A stretch of DNA of 64,000 bases, taken from Tubiluchus corallicola (Eukaryota > Animalia > Priapulida). Within the stretch, counting starts at the first letter, position 1, and every line of letters starts with the position of its first letter. The stretch covers positions 496,001 to 560,000 of the forward strand of contig JAQGDQ010000089.1 in the NCBI GenBank assembly GCA_030141605.1, written 5' to 3'. Made by a program: the position numbers and the translations under genes. Shown one piece after another: positions 1 through 15,000 of the stretch. Below the pieces are notes generated by a model. It was not told the origin of the DNA and ran no database searches. It saw nothing but the letters and a program-made list of their open reading frames with translations.

Positions 1-3000
1 GTGAAGAATCTGCTTGGTTTATCAATAAGGTAACTTATGGAGAAGCATATGATTTTTCAGGTTTTACTGTTAATTTATGAAGACGTGCTAAGAATACTCA
101 GTCTGGTGTGTAAACTACCTTTGTTAGAAGTCGCATTTGCTGACATCTACAAGTTCAGATATATAATCATTTTTTTCTGCACTTTAAAACTTTAACCAAT
201 TTTCTAGAAGTTGCTCATAAAAAAAATTAATTTTGTTTGCTGACAAAGTACAAGAAATGTTTAGAAACATTTAGTGTTATATGATTTTTGAATATTCGTT
301 TATTTGAGTCTGGGTAGATGTCACACTTTTGTATTTCACCCAATTATTTTATTAATTTTTGTAAATTAGTGTGTATGAAAAAAATTAGTGTAACTCACTT
401 TAATATTGTTGTGATGCTGTATAAATTTTCTGCTATAATTTAAGCATTTGAATTTTATTCTAGCACATTTTATTTAACATAAGAACAGTTTTTAACACAC
501 ATTTTTCATTTTTTCGAAAAATGTAATCCAATGTCTCAGCATTTATTTTCATATGTACATTTCCTATCGTTATTCTTTCTTTAGATTTGAAATATTGTTT
601 GAACTCATATATAAACAGACCATTTGAAAATAATAAATTACTTCATCTTCAGATCAAGCTGAAGAATGTTGCCAATCATCAAGAATTTGTTTACTCTGCT
701 CCCAGCTCGTTACAGTGCAGCGCCGATATGCCAATCAGCTACTTAGAGGTGCCAGTTATCAAGCCAGACGTACTACCCCTAGAAAGTAAGTTTAGCAAGG
801 CGAAGAGAAATAATGTAGTTTGTGTGAGGAATCAACTATTTCTGGCTACAAGACATTTAATTATTCATAATAGTATTGTCCACCATTATTGAATCTTGAA
901 TATACATTTGGAAAAGAGGAAATTTTAAAAAGTTGAAACCATCTAGATTTGAGCCAGGGAAGTTGCGCTAATAAGCCAGATGCCCTACTTCTAGATTTTG
1001 TCATCCCCAGCGATCACGACAGTCCAAAGTTCATTCTTTATAACTAGCCGGCTAATTTCAGCATTTCCAGTGTTAGACTGGTCATGTTAAAGTGATTCTA
1101 AATAATCAGATTAATTTTAAATTTGGTTGGTTTTGAGGGTGTGTTTTTCGTGGGTGATTAATTAATTATTTATACTGCTAGTATCAAGATTGTTATAGAT
1201 GGTGCAAGTCCACTTAACTGAATTTTGAAGCCAAAACAAATCCAGTTATTTTTACAACACTGCTACTAATCTCTGACGTTATCATTTTCTGGTCCTGATT
1301 AAAATATATAAATGTATTTAACAACTTGATTATTTTTTTATTTACAAGGCTTTGCCTAATTTCTTGCAGTGTACGAGTACGTCATACAGATCTACACTGC
1401 AGACATTCCCGGTGCCGGCAAGGAACCGAGTCATGTTTGGGTGATATTGCACGGAGAGAATGGAGATACAGGAAAACGCCTCCTGGGGAAGCCTGATAGC
1501 AATAACAAACAACGGTTTCAACAGGGGCAGGTAAGTCATGATTACCACACAATCATCAGTTGATTCTACAGACGTATAACATTTATGTTACATACACTGG
1601 AAAGTGAGTAAAATTTGTGTTATGAAAACTAGAAAGTGCATACTATTTGTGTTACAGAAACCAGACAGTGATTAACATTTGTGTTGCGGAAACTTGAACA
1701 CAACAGAACAGTGCAGAATAGCACAACATTTTGTGCACACATTTTTTAGCAATTATTTTTTCTGTTTCTCAAAAGCCCATAGCAGTGAAGTTCAGTGTTT
1801 ATCTTGAAATCCATAGCAAAATCAATTTGCCACTAATACACATTTCCGTCTTGTTATCGTAGGTTGATGAATTTCAAATCGCAGCTTTGGATTTGGGTAA
1901 GCTAGATCACGTGACCTTGGAACACGATGCCAGAGGACGTGGGTGTGGCTGGTATGTTGAGAAAGTTTTGGTTAAGACATCACCTGATGACACGGTTGAA
2001 CAGATATTTCCGGTTAACAGGTGAATTTATATTTTTAACCATTTATGAATTAGCAAATTTTCCTTGTTTTCTCATTGTAGAGTTCAATGAGTATACAAGT
2101 TGCTATACGGCAAAAAATTGTGTGCGAAAAGCTGCTTAGCACATATCATCTCAGACAAAATTTGCCCGTACGTAGCAGCTTTTGTATGAAAAACCTTTTT
2201 GGGTAATAAAAATATGCCTGTGCAAAGTTGCATAACAGCTTTTGCTGAGCCCTCAGATGAGGAGAAACCTGTGTTAGGCAAGCTGTCGTAGACAGATTTT
2301 ACATCATGTGCTTCGTTTATTATGTTGCTTAAGTCTGTAGTCTGCATAGTACTGACTTCTGTGGGGAGTGAGTTAAACTCTAAAATTGGTTAAGTTCTAC
2401 TTTTATTTTCACACAACATTTTTAATAGCTTTTATCATCTAATAAGCCTTTTCACAGTTCCAGCAATTGATGATGATGATGATTGTGAAAAGGTCGAAGG
2501 TTAAGAGCACCAAACAACACATTTGTGTACACTTGACAACACTCGAGCTATTGTAGCAATTTAACAGCTAGCTAGAACTTTACCTAGTTCAAATTGTCTT
2601 GTTCCCAAACAAGATCCTGCTAGTAAATCACTCTATGCACAGGCTAATGCATAATTAAGTAAAGTTCATGTAAAACAACTGAAGTTACAGAACTTGTGTG
2701 GCAGACGGCTTTGGTTTACACACATGTCACGTGACGGTTGTAGTTAAGACCCGTTACTGTGGTACACTTAACCTTTGACCTGCAGCAACTGCGCGTGCAC
2801 ACAGCAAAACTGTGAAAAGGCTGGTTATAAGAGCAACCAATTAATCACCTACCTATAATTCCAGATTAGTTTGTCGTACATTAATGTTCTATAAAAGAAT
2901 GCACAGGCTAAAAGACACAGGGTCCATTCTTGGGGAGCATAAACTGTACATTAATACACAGTTGCAATGATAAGGCAGTGAAATTAAAACAAATTTAAAA

Positions 3001-6000
3001 TCATATTTATGCTATCTGTTATCATATCTATCATATCTTAATCATAGCTTAATAGCTTAATCATATCTATTAAGAATCAGGCTTAATCTAATTACTGCAT
3101 TATAGGTGGATTGATGACGGTTCTTGGGACAGATCTCTACAGGTAAAGTGTCAATTACTAGGAGACGTTGACACAAGCCAAGTTGTAGACTCCATTGAAG
3201 ATTCAGGTAGTTAATATGATTAATATGAGTAACTCATCAAAGTTGTTAAAATAAAATTGATTTTTTTGTTTTCCTTGACTTTATTTTTCATTTTGTCAAT
3301 GGAATAACATCTTATAGTGCCAGCACTTTATTAATGGATTTTTATTTTTTATTTTTATTTTTAGTGGATTGTGTCTTATGTTTTGCATTTTGTACTTTAC
3401 TAAAGTGTTTAAAGGCTGTCGTGGTGCTGTCTACTAACATTATTATTATTATTGAAGTGCTGCTTTTAGCAGTGAGTGCCAGAATACTTTCTGTTGCATG
3501 TTATTGGGGATTCCTAACTTGCTTATAAATGTTTCTTTTATAAACTATTCGTTTTTGTTTAATTAATTATCTAAGTCTTTAATTATCTAATTATAATAGT
3601 CTAATTATCTGTTATATGTGCTTATTATGTATGTTAAAGTTCAAACCTAAATTTCAATAGCTCAGTCTTAGTACACTATTCAATCCTTTATTTATTTAGA
3701 CATCTTAGTAACTGATGCTCCATAGGTAAATTTGATCACACTTAGTTTTGCAAGTTTCTTCTTAACAGTTGCACACTTAATTGCTTAATAATAGCAACGT
3801 TACTTACAGGGTGTTGAGTTTGATAATTTTTAGTTCTTCGCCACCCTTTTGCCTATCACTTTAACAACATGTCTCGAATATACTAATCATCATAATAATT
3901 TTGTTACATTGTATCATATTGTTTTATGCACTATTTTTTTTCTGTAAAAAGGTGATAAATAAAGATACTTACTAGTCAGTTTCATGCTTCAGGTTGTTCA
4001 TCATTCAATTTCAGCAGAATGTTATTATATTATTGCAGAGGGCATCTGGTCATGTACTGTAACCACGGACGACCGTGGCTGCCATGAAGGAGATCGCTGG
4101 AGTCTGGTTGCCTATGGCGACGACGGCATCTCTCCAGTGCTAGAGCTGCAGCATTTAGATGGTCCGGCTAAACCCACAAAGTTTGATTTGGATTTTGGCA
4201 AAATTGGCAAAATTTACAAGATTCGTGTAACGTACGAGAATGAAGACGATCTCCACTTTAAATGGCCAATACGACATGTATGTAGAACAGTAAATGAAGG
4301 GTAGCGACCACCACATTCAATACTTGTTCTGGGCGGTTTCATTCTCTATATTGTCTCCGCCCATTTATTTTGGTCAAGGGAGTATGCAATCACCTTAGAC
4401 TGTGGCTAAGACACCTCTGCTGATTCAGTTCCTCATAGGATTAGCTTTGACGATCAACTAGACTCCCGTCTCGTCACAACTGTTCAAATAGGTTTGCCAC
4501 TGTGTGCTGAATTCCAGTTGCAGAAGACCAAAACTGTACTTCGTATAGTAGGTGCCGCTTCATAGAGTCACTTTGGGATAAAAGTGTTTTGACCCAATTA
4601 ACTGACTGAGTCAATTAACCGACAGATGTACTATTACTAGTATAGAAATATATATTTCATCACTTTTCAGCTTAGTATGCACTGTAAGGGTAAAAAATGA
4701 ATTTTAGAAACAAGTTAATGCCTAAATTCCTATGTGCTTTTATTTAAGAATACTAATTTATATAAGTGAATTAGTAAGAAGTAGAAAATAAAAAATTGCT
4801 GAAATTTGTTTATTTACACTAAAAGTTACAAAAATTTGAGCAAGGTTGTTTGTTTCATTTCTTCACGAAGAAGTTGGCTTGTAAGGTTCTCACACTGACA
4901 GAAATGATGAAAACGATAATAACGCAGAACACCTAAGGGTCTTTTTGTGCTTGAGCTGCAGTTGGTGATGCCCACGAAAAGCAGTTGAAGCTGCAGCTAG
5001 GCAAGTTTTTAAGTTTAGCTTCCAGAAACAAGGTTAATTGCAGCTGACGAACGGGTGACAGGTTCAAAGCAAAACCACTACGCTAGCATATTTGTGCACG
5101 ATAAATGTGCCTGCTTACAACAAAGCTGTACCTAACATGATTGTTTCTGCACGAAAGTGAAGAATTTTATGTACTTTAAGCAAAAATATTAACTCAATAG
5201 TGCGGAGTTATTTGGGCCAGTTATTGGCAGTTTTTATAAACATGGCTTGTACCAGACGCCCGCAATTTATTTATAGCTTAAATTAAGGCATTTCATGGTC
5301 AGTGTTTGGTACATGATTCAAGATACATGATACACAAATGAAATGCGAGAACGACTGCTATTCAATATATGAACAGAACGAACAAAATTTCTGACATTTG
5401 CTATAATACGGGACCGAAAGGTACGAAAAAATTTTAAAATGATGGCAATACGCGAAAAACCAACAGTGACAAAACTTATAATAGTTTATTAAATATCTTG
5501 TAATACTAAAACTTCGAATATATCTGTACTGACCCTGCCAACTGAAAGACGCCGTGCTTTTATCTAATCGTGTGGGAAATGTGGCACCGCATTCTGAAGC
5601 CAGACATTTGCAGACGGTTGGTCATAGATATGTTTGCACATGCGGTGGCATAATCAGCTCAAAATTTACAAAATTTTACTTTGTAAGGAGCTAATAGAGT
5701 TTATTAATAATTTACTCACTGTTGTTTTTATTTATTTAAGTAGATGAGAGTAGATGATGCAAAAGTAGATATAAAGGTAGAAAAGGAAAAAGTAGATGTT
5801 CCAAACTCTGCTTAAATGGAACGTTCTTAACTAGTTCAACATTATCTTGACATATTATTTCTGTCTTGTAGATCAAGTTACAGGATAAAAGTACATCGGA
5901 AATTCTGAACTTTGACTTTAGTCATTCACTTCATCCGGAGAATAACAATATGGAGTTCTGCAGGGAATTACCTGCAATTCGACCCGGAGAGGACTTGCTC

Positions 6001-9000
6001 AAAGGTACCTAGATAATTCATCGTAGGCATTTCTGCAACTACTAAACGTTAATACTAAGATATACTGAGCTTGGATGTAGCTGCCTTTGTTCACTGGTCA
6101 GCCCAGTTATGTGTTTTTTGTTTTAGAGAAAGAAAATGCCTAAACACAGTTTACGTGACTAGAATTTTGACAGCTTTGGTATATTTATACATATATGTAA
6201 GCTGGTTTTTGAAGCAGTAAAAACAAGTGGGACATGCGTAAAAATATAGTAATAGTTATAACTAAAATAAGAACACATTATTAATAGTGTGTGAACACTG
6301 CTCTGAATGTTTTTTTTACAAATTTTCCATGTGTTTCTTATAAAAAATGTATGTACATGATAAGATTGTATAATTGGTTTATTGATTTTTTATTGACTTG
6401 AATTGTTCAAAAGTTAAAGCATAAAAGTAGTGCACGTGAAAATTCTTGCTTAATAATTTGTAAAGAAAGATATATTAGGTTTCTTAAGATTGTGCTAGAG
6501 AGATTGGAAGGAGAGTTAAATTAGGAATTTGTTAGAGATATTCTGAGCCATTTTATTTGCACTAAATTATTTTTTTAGATAAAAGATATTAATTCATTTA
6601 TTTGTTTAGAGTTTCTCTTCATCTCAGAATTCATGAACTGTAAACTTATAAATGACACACTATCCTGAAACACACATTATGCTGAAACTTTGAAAGATCT
6701 TTCCTGTCACGTAAAGCACGAACTTCTTATACTAATTCACTAATTACTGTTGAACCTTCATTAATCTACAAATAATGATATGCAGTATGAAAGAAAGAGT
6801 GTACCAAAAGTTGTCCTTAAAGGGGGAAGAAAGGGGAATATTAAAGTATATCACAAAGAACTTTCCCTATGGAATTATATTACTTAACATTATGCTTGAA
6901 AGGCTTATGTAATTTCAAAAGCAAATTCTTAATAATTTTAATTGTTCACTCAACTTGGAAAAACGGCACTGCATAACCATTCCAGTGTCACCACTGAATA
7001 TCATATTTCTGATCTTATTCACAATATAAAGAAATTTAAACTTTTCCTTGTTTCCTAAACTTGTTTCAAATGTCCTACCATTAAAATGGCTGCACCTAAT
7101 GGTCATTGCGAGAGTTCAAATTTACAAGTTTTATGCAGCTTTAATGCTAACACAAATTCTGTAAGTCAGCATGCAAGTGATATAAAATTTCAAGACAAAT
7201 TTTTTAATTTTTTAAACTTTATTTATGAAAAGTGTTTTCTTGTACTTTAAATTTTGCACATATAATACTATTTCTGTGTGTTATTTTAGTAATGAACTAT
7301 TGGTTGTGTGTTTACACTGGTGTCCACCAGGAGACGCAAGTTGATCCGAATGTTTACGTGACACTCGTTGGGAGTCGAGGAGACACAGGTCGACGATTGC
7401 TTTGCAGAGTCGGACATAATGTCATTTTTCAGAGAAGCCAGGTGAGAAAACGATGTCAGGTAAAATAATGTAATTTTCCAAAAAAGCCAGTTGAAAATAG
7501 GTTAGGTGAAATAATGTCATTTTTCAGAGACACCAGTGAGAATAGTTAAAGGAGATAAAGCCATTTTTCAGAGAAGCCAGGTGAGATAATGTTTGTGAGG
7601 TAGCAAAAACAATGTGTGATAGTGATCTTTACCCCGATTGCAGAAAAAATTTAACTTACAATAACTGTTTGTTTATGACGTTTAGGAAAAGTGTGAATTT
7701 TAATATTTGATGTTTTAAAAACTTGTTTTATGACATTTAGGGAAACTGTGAATTTTAATATTTAATGTTTTAAAAACTTTGCATTAAGAAAGAGCAGTGT
7801 CACGTCTTGTGCTGTGAACTGTCATCATTATTTTTTTCTAGGTTGACATCTTTGCCATCGAAGCTGTTGGTATTGGTGACGTGGAGACCATAAAAGTGCG
7901 AAAGAACCCTGGTGGACCATGGCACTTGAAACAACTAGTCTTGAAGGAAGAACAGTTTGCACCCACGGAATCTCTTTTTGCGTATGATGAGTAAGCATGT
8001 TAATTCCATGCTTTATTTTATGATATATAACATATTCAACATTTCGTAGCCATTCAACATTAGTAATACCACTGGCATTGAGTGCTGGATCTGGCTTGAC
8101 CAGTTCCGAAACATATAAAAAATCAAAATCCTGCGAGGAGCTTTAAGCCAAGCTTAGCCAATGCAACTTGCTTCAACTGACGGGAAATAGTCGTAGACGC
8201 ACACTCAGGTCATCTGCGACTGATTTCCAGCAACTGCATGCAACTAGCAAGATATGAATTCCTGCGAGTCACAATAGTGCTGAAATTTACAAAAACTGAG
8301 CATATGCGAATGAAGGAAAAATTCTCTGACAAAACTAAAATTATCGTGAACAATGATTAGTTTAAAACTGCTTGGATACCACGTACCGCGAGCAGAGCAT
8401 GAGCAACTTGCTGGAACTGAATTTCATTGCATAGTGTTGAGCTTGCTTATGTCAACTGGATATATTCGGAAGTAGCGGTGTATCGCATGCAGCCAGTTGC
8501 CGAGGTTCCAATTGCTCTTAGTTGTGTTGCGTTGCATGGCAAGGTCGACTTAAGCTTGCCTTTAGGTTGGTGTTTATACCAGGTGTTACAGAAGAAACAA
8601 TGCAGTCAAAATGTGTTGATACGCATATATTGCAATGTTCAATAATTAAGTTAGATAGCAGACAAAGTGAAGTTATGCGAATACAGTAGTTTTTGTCATT
8701 ATGATGTTTTATTATATATTTCAGCGTATCAGCATATTTGTATTGCATTGATTCTTCTGAAACACCCTGTATAAATGTTGGCGTAGGAACTATTTAGTGT
8801 AAAATCAATCCATGCATTTGAGCGTGGGAGTTTTCGTTGTTCAGGGTGAGGAGTTGTACAATGTACATGACTGTATTCAAGACGATTGTGGATAAACTGT
8901 TAATTTAACATTTTAATCGTGACTTACATTGTTATAGAGTTATTGATTTTTCTTACCATTTTGTATATCTCAGTTTTATAATCAAGCCTCTTTTTTTTGA

Positions 9001-12000
9001 GTGCATTTCCTATCCAATTGAAGTACTGGTACGAGTAGCATAATTGGGACATTGCCCTAGATATTTCTTTGAACTAACTTGCATGTCCCAAAAAAGCTTA
9101 CTTTCTTGAATTTCCTGGCTTAGTGAAGCATACTAGCTGTTTTATAAAAGAAAGAGTAAGAAAGCGAAACTCATACTCAGTGACTTGCAGTATGCTTGTA
9201 AAGGAGGTAATCTTCTAAAGCGTCTCTGAGTTTTGATATATTTGGCTCATTGGAAAGTTAATTCATCGTCTTAGTAATACGTTTTGGACAGAAGGGGGTC
9301 AAAAGGTGTACTTTAACTTTGGAATAAATGAACGATAGAAACCAGCAGTCCAAGGTGTTTTTGTTTGACTGCAACCATTCTCTGTCATAACCAGCACCAC
9401 CACAACACATTTACGAGCAAACAACAAATCCCAATAACAACTTCTTTCAATTTGGTGCCATAAGTGAAAGCACATCATCAAAAACCTACGTATACTGTAC
9501 TTACCATTTGAGAGTTCCACATAGTCAAATTCACTGTTAAGTTCCCTACATGAACGTTGGGAAGGATGGCAAATGTAGTATAGCTACTTACGTGTCTATA
9601 TTGTGTAATCAATTATGTGAGTTTGTGAAAAACTGAGGTTAAAAATCAATCAATTTCGCTTTGATCATAGGGTCCCTTGTATATGTGAGGTAATGTACGT
9701 GGGTTTCTATTATGCGGGACCTGAAGATATCGTCCCTTATAACCGAAAGTCCCTTATAAGCGAGTACCTTATACCCGAGGTTGACTGTAAATAGGCGAGC
9801 GAACTTTGTCATATATATATGTGCCATATATATATATATATATACACATAACCTGCCTTTAGTACTCAACTGACCGTTCCTATGTTTAAAGGTCATGAAT
9901 TTAAAATAGTGTTGACTCGTAATCTCATTATCTTTCGTTATCACCAATCTGCATTGTCATCGTGTTAGCAGAATTCATTGCAAAGTTTTATCTGCATTAA
10001 GATAAATCTGGACACTTTGAAGAAAACATTGATATAGAACTGAAGATGATTTCCTAATATGTTTTTAATGCAGAAATAAATTTTTCTTTTAGCTGGTTAG
10101 GAGGCCATGATGGCGAAGACCGATGGGCTGAAATCGTTGACGTGGAATTAAAGCGGACAGCAGTGAAATCCAGTGAATATGTTGCACCAGCCTCTGATGG
10201 TGCTACACCATTTACAGCACGTAAGTCTGCATTTCTTATCAACTAATGTAGTTGATGGGTGTTAGTTATTTTTTGTGTTGGCAAATCCAGTGATTCCTAA
10301 GCTCTATTTACACTACAGACAATGTATGGGGCTCCTCCTGGAGTTTCTTTATCCGTTTTGCATTCTTAACAACTCCGTACACTTGTGCTCTCGCTTACAC
10401 TGCATTTTGTCTCTATGTCATTAAAAACATATCAATGTCAAGATCCAGCATGCAATGAACAGTGCTTGGTAAGCTGAGCTATGGTGTGTTAGAAGAGCCT
10501 AGTGAAAAGATACTTGACAGGTATATGTTTTATTTACATTGCAAAATAAATCTGGATTCTGATCATGTAGGTCTTTATAGACGATGCGGAAGGTAATTGC
10601 TGAAAGTCTGGTACACGTGATCGTCTTACTGGTTATATTGGTTGTATTATAGGGTTATTGATTTTTTTTTCTTTCTACAATCTGGCATATTTTAATTTTG
10701 TAATCAAACTTTATTGTGAAAATATTTCCTGTTTTTTTTAAGCATCTAATAAAAGCTGGCACTGAACAACATGGTTGGAGAAAACGTTCACTTAGTTTTG
10801 TACCAGTTGGTATGACTGGAGGAGCTGTTTATCTAGTTTTAAAGAAAATAACTTCCTGATTTAATCAAGCATTGCAGATATCACAAAGAGAGAGTTGAAG
10901 CAGAGAGTGGAACACACTCACACACTCTCTTTCTCAAACTGACATACTGGAAACATAATTCATCATTATAGTATTGCTTTCTGAGTTGGAAAGTCAAAGT
11001 GTGTGCTTTAACTTTGGAATAAACAAACAGTAGTGCTCAAACCTGCAGTTCAGAGTGTTTAGGTTGACTTCACCTATCAGCTGTTATAACTGGCTCCAAC
11101 TCAGTTAACACTACACGATCACAGGGAAACCGTTTTGCACTGGACCACAAATATAACAATGTGACTGTTTACATTAGATCTGGATCTAAAAAGTTTCTGA
11201 TGGTTAGAGTATTTTCTGTAAATTGAATGGAGTTCTAGACCTTCACTTTTGAAAGTCTCATCCCGTGTCTTAATTCAACGTAGAAGTTAGTTCAACATTT
11301 GATTTGTGTATGTAATATGTTATTAAGTATAACTGTATGATAGTTTCTTTAATTTTATTATCCTAAATCAGGAGGGCAGTGGACAGTTTGGACAGTAACT
11401 GGTCCAGACCACATGGTGGTTGGTAACATGGCTAACGCCAGTGTTCTGCTAGTGTTTGTCGGAAGTCAGAGAGAGTCTCAACCAATCAGTCTCGGTTCAA
11501 ACTTAGACGATGTTGAACCAGGTTCTTCAAGACAGTTTCAGGTTAGTCGTCTCATGTAATGTAATAATAATTGTTCTGACCCTTTTCTGCTTTTCATAAT
11601 TTTGATTTGTTTATCAGTTATTTTTCTCTTTCACTTTCTGTTCATTAAGTTTGTTGTTTCTGATGTTCTATAAGTTTAATTTTTTGGGTGTGATGTGATC
11701 TAATGTAAATGTGATGAGATGACATGCGTCATATTATATTGTGCCGTAATGTAACTTAATGTAACAAAATATAATGTAATGCAATGCAGTGCAATGTAAT
11801 GTAATGTTAAAAATATAGGCCAATATAATGTACTGTGCCTTGCTTTACTAGAGTGTACGGCGATGTAACCTGTAATCGGAGGTGAATTCAGTATGCATGC
11901 TACACAGTTGTGTGATAGATGTTTGTTTCTGCCAACAAGCAATAAAGTTTTAGAAGCTGCCAAGGACAGTTAAACTGCCTGTTAGTGTGCAGCTTCTTCG

Positions 12001-15000
12001 AATGCAAGATCTTACGTTACCTCCATGAGAAATGAACTGCATCTGGATTTCAGAATCTTAGCAGTGTTATCAAACTGCCTTGTGGACACGCTCATGATTA
12101 GTGTGGTCAACCAGCATCGAAAGATGAATTTTAAATTTTTTGGTAGTTAAGAAAGAGTGATTGCATAAGCATGTTTAAGTAAGTTTATTCTGATTTTATT
12201 TACTTAGGTTGATGTAGAAGAAGACGTTGGTGAATTATTAAAAGTACGGATAGGATTTGATGATCCTGTAACAAGTCCATGCTGGTTTCTACAGTCGGTA
12301 CGTTGTACAACTGTCTTTCCATTACTTTGTCGGTCTTTTGCTCATATGCAGTACTACTGTCCAGAAAGATGTTTTTTATCTAAAAAAGCACTACAAGACA
12401 TTTTCTGAATATTTTATTTTTTATAGTAAGAAAATAACTTAATTTTATTCGTTATTAATTATGTCCGCAATGTGGCGTAATTTCCTATAATAACCCAACG
12501 GAAAGAATTTTAAAGAAGAGTGACATGCTAGAGTGCTTTTGCTGCTCGATTTTGCACAGTTCGTAACTTGTTACTTTTTGCCTTTACCACCAGGTGAAAT
12601 TTCAGCATTCAGAAAGCAGAGCTCAGTTTTCATATAACATTAACAGTTGGGTCAAAGGTTATCCACAGAACCCTGGGTGGAAGGAAATACCTGTATACTG
12701 GCCCGGAGTGCTTCAGTTACCAAGTAATTTTTTTGTTTTCTATTACTTGTGCATTCTGTTTGTTGACTTTGTTTAGCTGCTGGTTTTGTGGATGTAGATG
12801 TCTAATGTTATGTAAGTGTGTTGCAAAAATTGGTGCACGGCAATATGGCACAGGTAAAATTGGCACAGGAACAACAGCACAAATGGAAAAGTTTTGAAAA
12901 GCTAATGACTTTACATGAAAACCAACAACAACAAAAACTTATAACAGTGTATTAAATAGTTGGAAATTATTAAAATTAGAATTTTTTCTACCGACTTCGC
13001 AGACGTGATGCCACTGAACATACAGCTAATGGAAACATTTGACGCCATCCGACTGCCAAACATATCTCAAGGTGAATGCATGCAGGGCAAAATATTAAAA
13101 AAAACGAGACTTTAAAAAAACCAACAACTCTTTAATAAATACTGATGCAGTAATTGTAAAGAAAAAATCGCCAAACTATTTACAGACGTCCACATTTTAT
13201 GATTCTGTTGGCTAGCCGCTTGTCAAGTCAGTTATCCAGTAAGTAAAAAAAGATTATTAGGCTTAAATAAGCACTAATAGTGTTAAATGCCTTCGAAATC
13301 ATTTTCCCAGAGTAGATAAGTATGACAAAAATTTCCTATCTAACAACAGATTGTAATTGCTTGTGGGAAAAAGCGACCATCTAAGTCACAACAATCTGGC
13401 TATAATGCTGATTAACATGACCTCAATCCTTACTTGTATGAATTACAAGAACGATATTTAATTTCATTTTCCAAAGTAGATGCTGAAGAAAGTAGATAAT
13501 ACGGTAGTCGCTGCTTAATCAACCACCACAGGACCAGCAGTAAGTGATCTTAATAAATGTGCGGTTTTATTATGCAGAGGCCTGTTGCAAGCGTATGTAT
13601 TTGGCAAAGTACAGTATGTAAATGCTTCATTCGAATTAAATAATGCCACGCACTTATGAAGATGTTTGCTAATGTTAACTAATATGCACTATCTTTATTT
13701 GTAACATCCGTTTTGTAAAAACTTCGTTTTTTTCCTGTTAGTTTTAGTAACATGTAGTTAATTTATCATTCATTTTTGTAACCAAGTCATACTTACAAAT
13801 TTATGCATTTAATTAAAGTTACATTTATTTATTTTTTTAATTTATTTAATCCGTTGGCCTGACATATAATTTAACGGGTTATGTACGGAAACTTTTGCTT
13901 ATGAGTTCATGCAGGCATGGGGAAGTTAGCTCACTCGCATGCCTGCAGAATGACTCACTCATGCAATAGTGATATCCTCTCAAGGGATGATGTATCTGTC
14001 ATATCCTAAAAAATTTATACTAATAATTTTAATGAATGTAGAAATAAATTATGATTAGCCGGGTCAGTAAGTAATCATCAAGTTTTATAGGGCAAATTTG
14101 TTTTGCAGTTTTAAAGTATCAAGTAGAGTTCAGCACGACTCCTGACAGCAATATCGATGGAATATCTGATGCTAATATATCCATGGTTATACATGGGCAG
14201 CAAGGTAGTACGGGAAAACGTGTTCTTCATACCGCATCATCAGAGATTGCAAGATTTAAACCAGGACAGGTATGAAGTACTTCAGCGTTTGATAAATGTT
14301 TCGATTTTTTCATACGTCTCATTTGCTAAAGATATGTATTCTAACTTATAAAGACGTAGGCCTACTTAACCTGTCATAGTATTGACAAATTATTGCAGCA
14401 GCTAAGTAGGCCTACTTCTTTATAAATTAGAGTTGTATAAAAATCTTGTCGAGTATAATTTACTAAACTACATAGCCACTTAAGATTAGGTTGTCACCAG
14501 TATTTGTTTGGATGTTTTAACCATTAAATATAATGCAATTACATATATGCTGAGCAAACGCTATTTATTGACAGAGTATAATTGATGAAGTCACAACAAT
14601 GGGTACACGTTATTGAGAATTTACAAAAATAATTGTAGTTGTAACAACTTGTATCATGCACACCTCTTTTGGTATTCAGAAAAAAGTTCTATCCTGTCTT
14701 GCAGCCCACCTCTTCTTTCTAAAGAGCTACAGTACTTCCTCCAAGACCCCCACGAAGTGCCGGACGAAAGTTCTGCTCCTTCGAGTTTTGTGAAAAAAAT
14801 GGGCGGAAAACAGAATCAGCTGACAGCTGCTGACCACGTACAGTGTATTAAGTGCAAGTGATTAGGTTTAAATGTAAACCGGTGTGTTTAATTTAACCTT
14901 GATGAAATCATAAGATGTTGTTACAATTTTTCATGATTACACGTGTTTTGATTAAAGTGCTGTTGGTTATATTGATTATATTGGTTATTGGTTATATTGG

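Noticed and set aside
12830-13700. Possible Mutator-like transposon remnant
   Set aside because: Subterminal repeats at one end only and no convincing transposase translation
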